A stretch of DNA of 64,000 nucleotides. It comes from Elsinoe ampelina (Eukaryota). Positions 1 through 13,238 of this stretch are shown in pieces. Under the pieces are notes generated by a model. That model did no database searches and had not been told where the DNA came from. It was given only the letters and a program-made list of their open reading frames with translations. The stretch covers positions 307,203-371,202 of the forward strand of contig ML992513.1 in NCBI GenBank assembly GCA_010093995.1, written 5' to 3'. Within the stretch, counting starts at the first letter, position 1. The number at the start of each line of letters is the position of its first letter. A program made the position numbers and the translations under genes.

Positions 1-1527
1 CTATTAATAAGACTACTTACTATACTATCCCTACTAGATTTAAGCTAGTTATAGAGGATCTTATAAAGGACTATTCTAGTATTACTCTATTAGATGTAAT
101 TCTCTTACTTAATAAGGCCTTATATAGTCTTAAATAAGCTCTAGCTCTCTAGTATACTAAATTTACTACTACTCTAAAGAGTAATAGTTTTACTTAGGCC
201 TCTAAGGCTTCTTACCTCTAGCTAATTCTTAATATAATAATCTTCTTCTTTGTAGATAATATTACAATTATATACCTTAAGAAGTATAAAGAGAAAGCTA
301 ATACTATTATTATAGCCCTCTATACTAAATATAAAATAAAGATACTTAAAGATCTAAGCTAGTTTCTAGCTATCTAAGTTATAAGGGATAGACTAATAAA
401 GAGACTCTAGCTTAGCTAAGCCTAGTATATATAATAGATATATAGTAAGTTTATTATAGAACTAATAAGGCTAGTATTAACACTACTACTAATTAAGATA
501 CTTTAACCTTATAAAGGCTAAGTATTACTATAAGAGATCTACCTATATTAGTAAAAGGTAAAATCTATTAACTTTATAGTAGTTATTATAAGGCCTAATA
601 TAGCCTTTACTACTTCTAGATTGTTAGAGCATCTAATAAATCTATTACTAACTTACTAGAGGATAGTAAATAGAGTAATCTAATATCTCTATAAAACTAA
701 GAATTTAGCTCTTATCTTTAATAGCTTAATACTACTACTAATCTTTTAAGCTTTATTAGATACTAGCTTTAGTAGCTACCTAATAAGGAAGAGCCTTTAA
801 GGCTATCTCTTTAAGATGTTTTAAGGATTAATTAACTAAAAGGCTATAAAGTAACTAATAGTTATAATATTAACTATAGAGGCTAAGCTACTTACTCTTA
901 TAGAGACTACTAAGTAAGCTATATAGTAGAGAAGGCTAATAGCCTCTATCTATCCCCTTAAACATATTAGTATTTAGTATAACAATTAGTAAACTATTAG
1001 TCTTATTACTACTCTAATTAAGAAGCTAAATATATATCTTTACTATATTAATATTTATTATTATTAGCTAAAACAAGAGATTAATTAAGCTAGAGATCTA
1101 TCTAGTCCTATCTTAGTTATATAGATACTATTAGTAGATACACTAGCTAATAGATTTACTAAATTATTACTACCTAGGAGGTATAAGGCCTTCTTATAAT
1201 AGCTATCTCTTAAGTTAGTAGTCTACTAACTAGCTATTATAGAGTTATAGCTATTTAGTAAAGGGGTGTGTTAACCGAGGCATAAGCTAGAGCGCTAAGA
1301 AGACCCTAAGTTAGTTTATCCTAAGGTTAAACTAAACACTATCTTACTATTTTACTAATCTATAATTAAATTAGATAATTATTGTCTTAATCTGCTACTA
1401 TTAAGGAGTTCTTTTGATTTAGCTATCTTTTAGTACACCAGATTAAGTATTTATATAGTTATAATCCACCTCATTTTGGTGGTTTAGGCAGTAATTAATC
1501 CTTTTTCCTCCCCCGCACAAATCAACA
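1..1527 (+). mobile_element. 3' part of a RIP-degraded Ty1/copia LTR retrotransposon (end of RT, RNase H, PPT, 3' LTR), truncated by the window start
   Basis: Very AT/TpA-rich and CpA/TpG-depleted. Mentally reverting RIP gives copia motifs: YQQKVxSINF..ITRPDIAF (~545-610), GYLFKMF..IDWK..Q..VTTSTTEAELL (~800-895), DNQQTI (~980), HVDIH.HWLKQE (~1045-1080), LADGFTK (~1143-1163). Purine tract ends at 1268. Confidence 0.9.
1269..1527 (+). repeat. 3' LTR (~259 bp) of the first copia element
   Basis: Begins TGTTAA (RIPed TGTTGA) right after the purine tract AAAGGGGTG and ends TCAACA at 1522-1527, a terminal inverted repeat. Composition returns to normal after 1527. The partner LTR is outside the window. 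Confidence 0.7.
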
Positions 1528-1707
1528 GTTTTGTCCAAGCCCCGCTTTCGATTCAACGCGACTTGTCTTTACTGCCATTTGTGTGTCTTTCTGGATCTGC
1601 GACACATCCAGGTCCACGGCGACTCAAACTGCACAGCACAGATCGTTCATTCTACCACATAGACATGCTTCGATCGCGTGTGCGAGCTGTACACATCGCT
1701 GCCCACG

Positions 1708-3305
1708 ATGCCGGGCGTTCGGAGACCTCAACCTTTTCATGACATTGACTACACGCTCCGTGTCACGTTCGGCAAAAGCAGCTTCAGGTAGGCTAACCCT
1801 GATCATAAGGCATCAAAGATTTACTGATATGAATCAAGACCGACGCAGCGTGAAGTAATCACCGCTGCTCTCGAAGGACATGATGTCTACCTCCAAGCCG
1901 CCACCTCTTTTGGGAAGAGTTTATGCTTCCAGCTTCCAGCTGTCATCGACATCGGGTGTAAGTGGAATGCCAACGAGCTTCATGACAGATCTGAGTCTTT
2001 TATAGTGACACTCGTGGTTTCACCATTGCTAGCGTTGATGGTATGCTTTCAGGCTCATGGTTCTGGGATATCTGATTAACACTAGAGCAGAAAAACCAGA
2101 TCACATCGCTGGAGGCTGCAGGTATACCGGTAGCATCCATCAACAGCGCGACATCTCGTGGCGAGAAAGATGGAATCCTGGACGACCTCAAATGCGGCCA
2201 CCCCAACATCAAACTCCTGTACGTTACGCCAGAGCTCTGTGAGATGGATTACTTCCGGAAAGTCCTGCGCACGATCCATTCGCAAGGGGAGCTGGCTCGT
2301 ATCGCCGTAGACGAAGCGCATTGTATCAGCGAATGGGGTCATGACTTCCGAAAGTCATTCCAGGAACTGTCTTTCTTCAAGCGAGAATTTCCCGAAGTAC
2401 CGATGATATGCTGTACGGCGACCGCAACATCCAAAGTCAGTTCCGACATCGTCAAGACCCTCGGGCTTGATATGCTCAAGTTGCGAACGTTTACCATGAG
2501 CACGTCCCGGCCAAATCTTCACTACGAGATTCGCTTCAAGTCTGAGGAGGAAGACCACTATGACGCATTCCTGGCCTGGATGAAGAACATTTACAAAAGG
2601 AGACAGAATGACACGGTGCGAGCAGTCGAGCTTGCAGCTGCAGGCGAGAGAATATCGAATGTCTCAGGGATCATCTACACACTATCCCGTCGCGACACCG
2701 AGATCTTGGCTGAGCGTCTGACGTATGATGGAATCGGCGCGAAAGCTTACCACGCAAAGTTAGAAAGCTCCGAGAAAGATGAGATCCTCCAAAAGTGGGT
2801 CACCAATCAGCCTGGCTATGATGTGGTCGTCGCAACGACTGCATTCGGCATGGGTATCGATAAAGAAGACGTCCGCTTCGTGGTACATTGGCAGATACCG
2901 AAGAGCTTCGAGGGGTTCTACCAGGAAGCCGGTCGTGCTGGTCGCGATGGCAAAGCCAGCGTCTGCGTCCTTTACTACAGCCGGGAAGATCGTGATCGCT
3001 CAGCAAGCATGATGATGAAGGAGATGGCGAAGAACAAGGGCAAGCCAAAAGTCGAGGCAGCCTACAAGCAGCGGGCGGACAGCCTGCAGAAGCTGGTCAA
3101 TTACTGCGAAGAGACCAGGAGATGCAGGCACAAGCTCATTAGCGAGTACTTTGGAGACCAGAGTGGAGGTGTATGCGACTATGCTTGTGACTTTTGCAAG
3201 GACCGAGACATGCTGGCGAAGAGGAAGGAGATCGGACTGGCCAGTGAGGAGTGGTGCAGCACCCAGAAAGAGATGGGCAGGTATGATTACGACGAGTATG
3301 ACTGA
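1708..3305 (+). CDS. Small RecQ-family ATP-dependent DNA helicase (spliced; introns ~1788-1838, ~1958-2005, ~2041-2090)
   Basis: Spliced reading gives MPGVRRPQPFHDIDYTLRVTFGKSSFR/PTQREVI..AATSFGKSLCFQLPA, then VSPLLALM, VDEAHCISEWGHDFR, ATTAFGMGIDK, YQEAGRAGRDG and RQC Zn-binding Cys residues (CRH..YFG..C..CDFC). Confidence 0.93.
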
Positions 3306-3663
3306 ACGATCCTCGATATCAGAGTGTAAGCATAAGCATGTGAATAATTTGCTCACGCATCTATGCTAGAGACAATCAATCAGCAGTGCCGGACACAGAC
3401 CGGGAATGTCTTTAGAGCCCCGCATGTTTGTCTCGTTTCGAAAATGACGTCGGGGATGTGGAACTCTGAGTCTGTTAGAAATCAATTGTTCCGTAACATT
3501 ACTAAGATAGACGTGTAAGCAGACAATTAAACACGAGTATATAACAGCACCTTGTGCAGTCTCTTGGGGTATCATTTCATAGTCTCGGGCCCTTCACCGT
3601 CACCGTCGCCGTCGCTCATCAAAGCCCAACGCCCTCAAATTGATCCAGTCGACTCTCTGTTGT

Positions 3664-4677
3664 ATGCAAGCACTCTCCAGAACCTTCCTGAAGACGAGCC
3701 GAATATCTTCTCTGTCACGTACAACACATATCAGGACAATCTCCAACATGACGACCGGAAATTTCAAGTACATCGACCCGACGACGGTCAACACCTCGAA
3801 TGAGCCTTTCAAAAAGGCCTGGGCCAAAGTGGATGGTCCGGGTACATCCTTCGAGTACATTCATCACCCGAACTCAGTCGAGAATGTACGAGGCCAGGAA
3901 TCTAAATTCTCCACTGACATCTCTGGGTTCGCGCTATACAAAGAGACGGCACGGGAGAAGTCTTTCCGCGATGACGATCAAGTCCGGGCTACATACTACG
4001 AAGACGTGGAGAACCTCCTACGCTCAAAACTGCCCGGCGTCAAGAAGGTGGTCATCTTCGACCACACAATCCGGCGACGTGAGAAGTCATCGCCGCGCCA
4101 GCCTGTCCAGCAAGTTCATGTTGACCAGACACCCGCGGCGGCGGAAGCAAGAGTCAGAAGACATCTACCGGCTGAAGAGGCAGAGCAGTTGATCCAAGGA
4201 CGATACCAGATCATCAACGTATGGCGGTCGATTGAGAACCCGGCGTCCGACTTTCCTCTCGCAGTGGTAGACTGGCGGTCGACCACACAGGACGACTTTG
4301 TGAACGTGGATCTACTCTATCCCAAGCGCCAAGCCAATGGCACGAACGGGACAAATGACACACATGACGACGACGATCGTGGTAAGGAGGTCCTTCCAAC
4401 CGCAGATCCGAAGAGCACGGAAGGATACGAGGTCAAGGGCGAGACCTACGCTGTGAAGCCGAGCGACAAGCACAAGTTCTACTACATGAAGGATATGACG
4501 CCCGAGGAGGTCATGTTCATCAAGTGCTTTGATAGCAAGAGCGAGACAATGTTGGGAGACAAGGCAAAGGGCATCGCCCACTGCACGCCGCATACCGCAT
4601 TTGTCGACCCTGATACACCAGAGGATGCGCCAGGGAGGCAGAGCATCGAGGTCAGATGCTTAGTGTTTTACGAGTAG
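3664..4677 (+). CDS. CmcJ/NvfI/AsaB-like Fe(II)/2-oxoglutarate-type oxygenase (family often annotated as 'methyltransferase')
   Basis: Motifs FDHTIRR, QVHVDQT, INVWR...PLAVVD, KFYY...IKCFDS, CTPHTAF and RQSIEVRCLVF. Start is ATG 3664 (presequence-like) or 3748. Confidence 0.8.
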   Translation: MQALSRTFLKTSRISSLSRTTHIRTISNMTTGNFKYIDPTTVNTSNEPFKKAWAKVDGPGTSFEYIHHPNSVENVRGQESKFSTDISGFALYKETAREKSFRDDDQVRATYYEDVENLLRSKLPGVKKVVIFDHTIRRREKSSPRQPVQQVHVDQTPAAAEARVRRHLPAEEAEQLIQGRYQIINVWRSIENPASDFPLAVVDWRSTTQDDFVNVDLLYPKRQANGTNGTNDTHDDDDRGKEVLPTADPKSTEGYEVKGETYAVKPSDKHKFYYMKDMTPEEVMFIKCFDSKSETMLGDKAKGIAHCTPHTAFVDPDTPEDAPGRQSIEVRCLVFYE

Positions 4678-5267
4678 GGAGGTCTGGTCATGATAAATGC
4701 ACATATTGTAAATCTAATGAAGCGATGGACATAGAAACTTGAATGATTATGTGGTCGAATTGGATCTCGCGCTCCACAATGACTTGCTCATGTGACATGC
4801 CAGACAGGATGCAACAGCGCACCAAGAGGGACGCTGGGCAGACTGATGAGACTGATGAACAGGATTCACTGCTCAGCGATGACATCTACTTCGCCACATG
4901 TCTTGTAGTACCACAAAAGAATGTCTGCCGAAAGCGAACCCGAAATCCTACTTAGGAAGCAAGCCGGGATTATGAATGGCGATGAAATGGTTTCGTCTTG
5001 GTCTCCTGGGAATGTGGAAAGTCAACGGCTGTGTATGACTACCCAAGGGTATTTCTGGACCTTGTTTGGTATCGAGAGAAGAAAGAGGAGTGAAGGCGAG
5101 GATGAAATTTCGTGTATACCCACGGCCGGGACTCTGTAGCCAATCGGAGTGCTTCAATTCCAGCATGAGGGATCTGCTCTGATTCACGCCGATCCCGGCC
5201 AGAATATTTGGAGCGCATAGCCAAAGCTTCGAGTCTTGCTTTTCGGATACCAAACACATAAGCGATC

Positions 5268-7160
5268 ATGTTGGCGTCGCGGCAGGCAGGAAGGCTAGCT
5301 AGGCCCTCGTGGTGTCCACGCACACAATGGCTCAATACGTGGGTATACATGACTTGCTACAGCATCCTTGACTGACAGTGACTCAGGAGAGCTTTCTCGC
5401 AGACGCCACTGCAGAGGAGTTCTGTAGACGACGAATTGCTCGGTGAAGCCGCCAGAGCAGTGCCCAAAGATGCCCTCAACAAGACGAGTCGATTCATCAC
5501 GAAGCCCAAGTCGCAGGGCGCTTCCCAGGCCATGCTCTACGCGACTGGCTTCACTGAAGAGGACATGGATAAGGCGCAGGTCGGCATCTCATCTGTCTGG
5601 TACAGCGGCAATCCCTGCAACATGCACCTTCTGGATTTAAACAACAGGGTGAACGAGGGTGTCAAAAGAGCTGGTCTTAAGGGCATGCAATTCAACACAA
5701 TCGGAGTCAGTGATGGTATTTCCATGGGCACAAAGGGCATGCGGTACTCATTACAATCACGAGACTTGATCGCAGACTCGATAGAGACTGTCATGAGCGG
5801 CCAATGGTACGACGCCAACATCTCGATCCCAGGCTGCGACAAGAACATGCCTGGTGTGATCATGGCCATGGGGAGAGTGAACAGACCATCTCTCATGGTG
5901 TACGGAGGCACAACAGCAGGAGGATGTGGCAAGCTACCGTCAAACTCGAAGCTCGACATTGTATCAGCTTTCCAAGCATACGGGTCGCATATCACCGGTC
6001 AGATCGATGAGAACGAGCGATTCGACATCATCCGCAACTCCATCCCAGGCTGCGGTGCATGCGGCGGCATGTACACGGCCAACACCATGGCCTCTGTAAT
6101 CGAAATCATGGGCATGTCACTCCCCGGCTCCTCCTCCAATCCAGCCCAATCCAAAGCCAAACAACTCGAGTGCATCGCCGCCGGCGCCGCCATCAAGAAC
6201 CTCCTCAAAGAAGACATCCGCCCACGCGACATCATCACCCGCACCGCCCTCGAAAACGCCATGATCCTCGTCAACATCACCGGCGGCTCCACCAACGCCG
6301 TGCTCCACCTCATCGCCATCGCCCACAGCGTCGGCATCACCCTCACCCCATCCGACTTCCAATCCGTCTCCGACCGCACCCCCTTCCTCGCCGACCTCAA
6401 GCCGTCAGGGAAATACGTCTTCGAAGACCTCTACAACATCGGCGGCACCCCTGCCCTCCTCAAATTCCTCCTCGCAGAAGGCGTCATCGACGGCTCCGGC
6501 ATGACCGTCACCGGCCGCACATTGGCCCAAAACCTGGAATCCGCCCCCTCCTTCCCCGCCGATCAAGACATCATCCGACCCTTCTCCAACCCCATCAAAC
6601 CCGTCGGCCACATCCAGATCCTCCACGGCTCGCTCGCGCCGGGCGGCTCCGTCGGCAAAATCACCGGCAAAGAAGGCACCGTGTTCACAGGCAAAGCCCG
6701 CGTTTTCGACGCCGAGGACCTCTTCATCTCCGCCCTCGAACGGGGGGAGATCAAGCAGGGGGGGAAAACCGTCGTCATCATTCGCTATGAAGGTCCCAAG
6801 GGCGGCCCGGGTATGCCGGAGATGCTCAAGCCTTCGTCGGCCATCATGGGTGCGGGGCTGGGGAATGACGTCGCGCTCATCACGGACGGACGGTTCAGTG
6901 GTGGCTCGCATGGTTTCTTGATTGGACATGTGGTGCCGGAGGCGCAGGAGGGTGGGCCCATTGCGTTGGTGCAGGATGGGGATACGGTGACGATTGATGC
7001 GGAGAAGAGGGTGATTGAGTCTGATGTGAGTGAGGGGGAGATGGAGGAGAGGAGGAAAGCGTGGACGGCGCCGAAGTTGAAGTACGAGAGGGGGACGTTG
7101 AAGAAGTATGCCAAGTTGGTGAAGGATGCTAGTAGTGGGTGTATCACGGACGGGGACTAG
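5268..7160 (+). CDS. ILV3: Dihydroxy-acid dehydratase, mitochondrial
   Basis: Arg-rich presequence exon [13 protein letters not shown]..., intron ~5339-5387, then [46 protein letters not shown] and [12 protein letters not shown]. Confidence 0.97.
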
Positions 7161-7432
7161 GGGTACTCGTCCACGGATATCAGTCGAACTGGGGAAGGTT
7201 TCAAAAAAGTGGTGTATTATGCAAGTGTATCAAACGTCAAAGTACTCCAAAGTCAATTTCACAAAACAAAACAGCAAGTCAAAACTTTTACCGTCTCCCT
7301 TCCATCACCTCTGCGTCTTTCCATGTTCCCAATCTCTACTTCCCCCCAACTCTCCCCCGGCCCTCCCACCACCTCCTTCCCACCCCATTCCACCCCTCCC
7401 CCCTCCCTCCCCCTTTCCCCTGCTCCGATAAG

Positions 7433-7600
7433 CTAAACCCCCCCACTCCCCTGACTCTCCACATCCTCCCTCCTCTTCACCCTGCGTCTCGTCTTGTGCA
7501 CAATCTCCCTATCCAACGCCCTGCACCATACCGCCCAGAAAACCAGCAGACCCAGGATGAAGACCAGTAGGACGAGGATGATGACGTGGTTGCGTTGCAT
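7433..7600 (-). CDS. Putative small single-pass membrane protein (55 aa)
   Basis: MQRNHVIILVLLVFILGLLVFWAVWC is a hydrophobic helix followed by a basic tail (KTRRRVKRR). No family recognised. Confidence 0.45.
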   Translation of the reverse strand: MQRNHVIILVLLVFILGLLVFWAVWCRALDREIVHKTRRRVKRREDVESQGSGGV

Positions 7601-8061
7601 TGCGGTGCGGAAGAGGAGGGGTCTGGCCTTTGGCTTTGGTCGCGTGTTGGACGGGGGTGTTGGCAGCGAGAGGACCGGGCGAGCGGGGAAGGGGGGAGGG
7701 GCGGGTTGTGGTTGTTGGACAGAGGAGGTCCCAGGTATGGGGTGTTGGTCGAGGAGGGTTGAGATTGTGAGGCGTGGGCCGCGAGGGTTGGGATTCCGAA
7801 GGTGGAGGGCTTGGAGGGGAGGGTATTGTTGCATTTAGTGGCGAAGATTGGGATAGGTGATCGTAGATGTTGGAGTCGGTCCGGCTTGGAGTCGATGATG
7901 GAGAGGTTCTGGTGGCGTTCTCGATGATCTGGGACACAGGGGTCGGGGAAGGAAAGGGGAGTATGTATATCATGTTGACCGTGAAGGACACACCTGATGA
8001 GACAATAACAAATACTTGAATCCAATATGTCGGTGACCAAGTAATAGTGAAAAGTGGTTGG

Positions 8062-11000
8062 CTAAGTGTCGTGTGGTGTAACACAGTTGAGCAGACGACC
8101 CGCTCTTTGTACTCCCGCCAGCAAGTCTGCGGTCAGGGCCTTTTCGAGCTGATCCAACCATATCGGATGCAGGTCCTGCTTTCGTCCAACCTGCAAGAAT
8201 TGAAGCAGTTGCTGGCGTAGCGTCGCGCTTTGCAATCTCAGGCCCCTGCGTTGGCGTTGCCAGTGCAGCAGTACTTGGGCATTGAAGATCACCTGAAGCC
8301 CAAGAGCGAAAGTGTCGGGTTTGTACGACCAGCCGAGTGGTCCACCTTTGTGCACGCTGCTGGCGTTGATGAGCGCTTCGATGCCCTCGGAGGTCCATCG
8401 TCGGAGACTCTCAACCTGTGCGGTCTGTATACTGGATGGCGAAAACTTCATGGCAAATCCAGACCAGACTCGGGCTTCTCGAGCTGGGTCGATGTACAGG
8501 TTCTGCTTCTCCTCGGCGAACAAAGCACTATCCCCCCTTAGGTACTCTGACAGGAGTCCAGATACGGGAGTGAGTGTCTCATCCCCTGATCGAAACGTCA
8601 TAAGCCTGGCTGTGGCGACAGAGGCGAGGTGACCATTGCCTGAGAAGTGACGGACAAGACGAGTCAAGAGCTGAGATCCCGCCGCCAGAGAAATTTTGGC
8701 TGAAGGTCTTTTGTGGGTCAAATTGAGCACTTTGCTTGCAATTTCAGCAGCGATACCGCGGATATCATCGTCATCGTCGTTTGTGAGGTCGTAAGTCAGG
8801 ATGGCTAGATCGACCAGCGAGTTTGCATATATCGGCTCCTGCTTCATGATGTCAAGGCTAGCTACAAGTTTGCTCAAAGCGGTGGCTACAGCGAAGCGAG
8901 TGTCGTATGGCTGCGAAAGGTTAGAGACATTACAAGGAGGTAGGCCAAGACGTACCTGATCTTCATGCGCTGCTAGTTTGGTCATGAACAGTATCGAGGT
9001 GAGACGTTGGACCTTGTCAGAACCAACCGCCTGTCCTTCACGTAGCTCAAGATCTGCAAGAGCCGCTGATAAGACCAAGACTCTGTCGTGCGCAATAGGC
9101 GAAGACCTGCACCGTAAGGCCATGTCTGACCATTCCGCGCAGACAATGTCAATATCGACAGCGGCGGCGAATCCGTCATGCATACTGCAGCCTATTGACA
9201 GGTCCATAGCGGCCACCCGGACCAGGTCGTCTGTCGAAGATGCCGTCTTGAGCAATTCCCATCCTGCCATGAACATTCGGCCAAGGTCATTGTCCGTGCA
9301 GCTTGGGGACAGCACGAAAGAGGTGCAGGTCTCGAGAAGCGAAACACAGGCATTGACATCAGCCTGAGATACATCTCTGGCGAGTACATCAACACAGAGC
9401 CGTGTAGCTGCATGATGATGTACCAGAGCCGAGTCCGACTTAAGCGACATGGCAGACAGGCGGATGGGTTGTAAATGGCCTGCCTCCCTCTGCTCAATGA
9501 TGCTCATCGTCGGCCGGAGATCTTGAAGCAGCTCAAGCAGTGCATCGACAATAGTAGGACGATTGATTCGGGTCGCAAACTCGCTCACGATGTCTAAAGC
9601 TGTGGCTTGAACGTAGTCTGGCTGATCGTCAAGCTTGTCGCGCTTGAACACTTCTGCTAGTACAGCTGCAGCAGCATCGATATTGCGGGTGACACCCACG
9701 TCGAGATAGCGCAGAGAGTATTTCATCAGGAGCAAAGTCCCATGGCGTGCATTTGAGGTTGTAACCTTGTCGCAAGTGATATCACGCAATGCGTCGAAAA
9801 TGTTGTCGTTGCGGTAGGTGGTGGCGAGTGTCCGGGCTGCTTTGTCTCTGACCAACCAATGAGGACAACCAATTAGCTTCGATATAGATGACCTAATGTT
9901 TGTGATTTCGGAATCCGGAGGGGCAGCTCGTTGCAGAAGCTGGAGTGCAGGAAAGACTTTCTCAACCGCGGCTGTCTCTGTCAGATCGTACACATCGGCA
10001 TCCAACAATCGATATAAAAGTGGAAGCATTTGCGGGTGTCTGACGAAGATCTCCTTCGACGAGGATGTAGTACCGACTTCGCTGTAGTCGTCATTCGTCC
10101 CAAGAAGTCGATCAAGTAATGCCCTGAACAGCATCAACCCAGAATTGCGGATACCCCATCTGCGAGAGTTAGCCATGTCTGGATGGACAACCGAGAGTAC
10201 ACTTACAGATCTGATGTTAAGCAACTTCCGGATAGAGCAAGAGCGTCCGAAAGATATGGTTCAGAGCGTTGCCCTAATTTCGAGTGCTTGAAGATCTCCC
10301 GGAGACAATTCAAGGCATGGACTTGGGGCAGCGATTGATAGTCCAGCTCCGATGGCAAATTAGCATCTGAAGCAATGCTCGACAACTCATGCACCGCTCG
10401 CTTGAACAATCCTGATTCGGGAGATGCGGAGGTCAGCAGACCAGCTAACATGGCCGGTAAGCCAGCAGACCTGCGGGTGTTTATTGTGGTGGTGCTCGTG
10501 ATGGTAGATATGGTTTGCTATCAAGGTGGTCAGCTGGATGCTACGTGGCACGATAGACCATGAAACTCACATCATACAGCTTGACGATTGTCCCCGCTTC
10601 ATCCGGAAAGCACTCGGTCAGCTGGGAGCAGCAAAGAGCGAAGGTCTGAGCTACAGTGGAGAAAGCTCCACGATGACGGAGCTCGCGCAATTCGGTGAAG
10701 CACAAGGAGATGTGACTTGTGATACTGGTGGCAGGCAGTCTCGCGGGCTTGTGTTTGGTCATGCTAATTACGTAGCTCCGCTGTAGGAGGCTAATTGCAT
10801 TAGCAACAAATTCCATTCTGATCATGCTGCAAAAATACCTTGCTTCTTTGAGCGCTCTCCATGCAAAGCTGAGAACATCCTTGGTATCGACGTCGAGGTC
10901 GCCATCTTCGATCTCAGCGGGTAAATATCCCTCTGGAGCATCGTTGCACAGCACTGGATAGACAGATTGCCAGGTCAACTCCGCAATATCCTGTATTGCG

Positions 11001-13238
11001 TGATCGAAGGAAGATAAGGTCTCTAGACCATGATCCTCCAGGCCTGCTTGTTCGATCATATACCTATCAATGTCAGAAGCCGTAAGGCAAATCATGTTGT
11101 TCAATTTCACCTTAAGCTGATGAGGACTGCATGGAAGGGGAGGCTCAAGAGTGCCGCTGACAGATCATTCCGGAGTGAGTCAAGAATTTTCTGGCATCTC
11201 GCAATAGTATCCTGTAGCATTCGCTGCTGAGAGAAAGGCTCGTCCACTGTCGTCGGGATTGAAGCATGGGAAGATACAATGCTGAAGACGAGACCGTGCA
11301 GCCTCGCCACGCCATCGGCATGATCGGCTCTGCCTGATTGTGCGGCTTGCCGTTCGACATTCGGTAATAAGCCTTCCAGTCTAGTTCGTTGCGTAGTCTG
11401 ACTATCCTCGTACTGTGGCCCAGGCTCTACGTCCAGTAACATCTGCAGAATAGACATCGCAAGACCGCGCACATCGTCAAATGGATCCAACAACAGCCCT
11501 GTTAGTGCACTTAGCTCGGGTGTTCCAAAAAGCTCGGTCTTGAATATGAAACTCAATTGTGAATGCGAGCCCTTCGACCAGTACTTGTCTCTTACTGCAG
11601 GATCTATGCCAGATCTTGCCAATATTTTCATCGTTCGCAAAGCACAAATATGGCGCTGGTAGCTGGCTGATGGTCGCAGCTCGAACATGGAAAATCGTAC
11701 GAGCCAAAGTAGAAAGTCTCGGTGGACGACCAGATATGTGGATTTCTGCTTCAGCAATGCGCAAGAGCTTGTTCGTAGCCGATCAATCAAGCGCTGGAGC
11801 ATGCCAAAAAGGTCCGAGCGAAATCCAGCATCTGTTTCAGCAAACATGTTTGGCAGCTCTTGTTTGAGAATGCGCAAAGTGCTGCGAGACAAAGGCGTCA
11901 TGGTTGCAGACTCTGTCGTAAGCATTTGCAATGCACCGCTCCGATAGGCCTTTGCCGGGTCCTGCATCATTGCCTCAATTACACTCGTCGGTATTTTCAC
12001 CACCCCATGAGTTTCATCAACGATGATCTCAGAATTGGATTCATGTAAAGTGACAATTCCAGCAGACATACCCACGAGCATGCAGGAGACAATGATTGCA
12101 TCTGAAGTAGGCCTGTTGTATTGTCCAGCAACCCTCAGAGGCGACTCATTAGTGTCCCCGTTGTCCATTTTGGTGTTTGATTGTGTGTTTCCGATGTTCC
12201 AATGCTCGGTGAAATGCATGTTATTCAGGATAATCATGAGTTGTTTGAAGTTCCGTCCAATGATGGCAGGCAATACATAATGCCGATAATTCTCTTGAAT
12301 CACAATGTCTTCGGAGTAAGCTTGAATTAGAGGTTCCAGCCAAGAAGGAGATGTTGAGCTTGGATCAGCATTTCTAGAGGATGCCGTGACACCGGATGTG
12401 ATCAGAGATGCAAGGCTTGATCCCAGATCATCCAAAGCAGCAAGCGAGAAGATTCTTGCATAGAACAAATTCAGTTGAGAAGCCTTTGTTTCAGTGCTGG
12501 TGCCTGCATGGACTATACCTGTCGCTCTAACCAGCTCCTCAGGTTCAAATATCTGCTTTTCAAAGCCAGCTATGATCGCTTGAATGTAAGGCTTTGGGTT
12601 CGGATGCTGCTTCGATCGCTTGATGATCGAGGAGAGGTCTTGCAACAACCATGCTCGAGCTGGAAGATAAGCATTGGACTGAGTAGCTTGCTGCAACGTG
12701 GTCATGAGAGCGCCGAGGAGCTGCTTCATTGGCTTCGGCTTTGAATCTCCATATCGGTTCAGGAAGACTCCATACGCTCGAAACCAAGTGCCTTCTGCTC
12801 TCCATAGTAGATCTTGGATGCCAGTGTTCGAGTCTTTGTTAAGCTGGATGATGACCGAAGACAACAGATTGCAAGCAGCGGAGCGATGACTCTGTGTGAT
12901 CGATGGCGCATCCGAAGTGTCCAATAATTGGGATAGCAGACGTTGTAGCTCACTGGTCCCAAGTCAGCCATCATGCACCTCATAGTTGGGCCATCGAGCC
13001 TACAGACCCTCGTTTGTCTATTGCAAGCCGAGTATTACCTTATCTCAAGCGCATCATCATGCGAAGACGTAAGCTTCGCGCCACCGTACGCAATGGCCCG
13101 GATCTCCTTCTCAGATAGGACTGGTAGGTCACGTGATCGTGGGCCGATGGTATGGCTGTCCCCGGATGTGGAACCAGCATCACCCATATCGAGAGTAGGC
13201 ATTTCGTCCAAATGGGCTACCTTACTGGTCATATCCAT
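8062..13238 (-). CDS. TRM732: THADA/Trm732-family armadillo-repeat protein (DUF2428; tRNA 2'-O-methyltransferase regulator), multi-exon
   Basis: Exons carry SFAWRALKE, LRHRGAFS, RRSAG-like ..SAGLPAM, LPQVHALNCLREIF, WGIRNSGLMLFRAL and LFAEEKQNLYID. GT-AG introns join ORFs 13035-13238, 11107-12924, 10541-11110, 10203-10451 and 8062-10224. Start codon uncertain. Confidence 0.88.
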
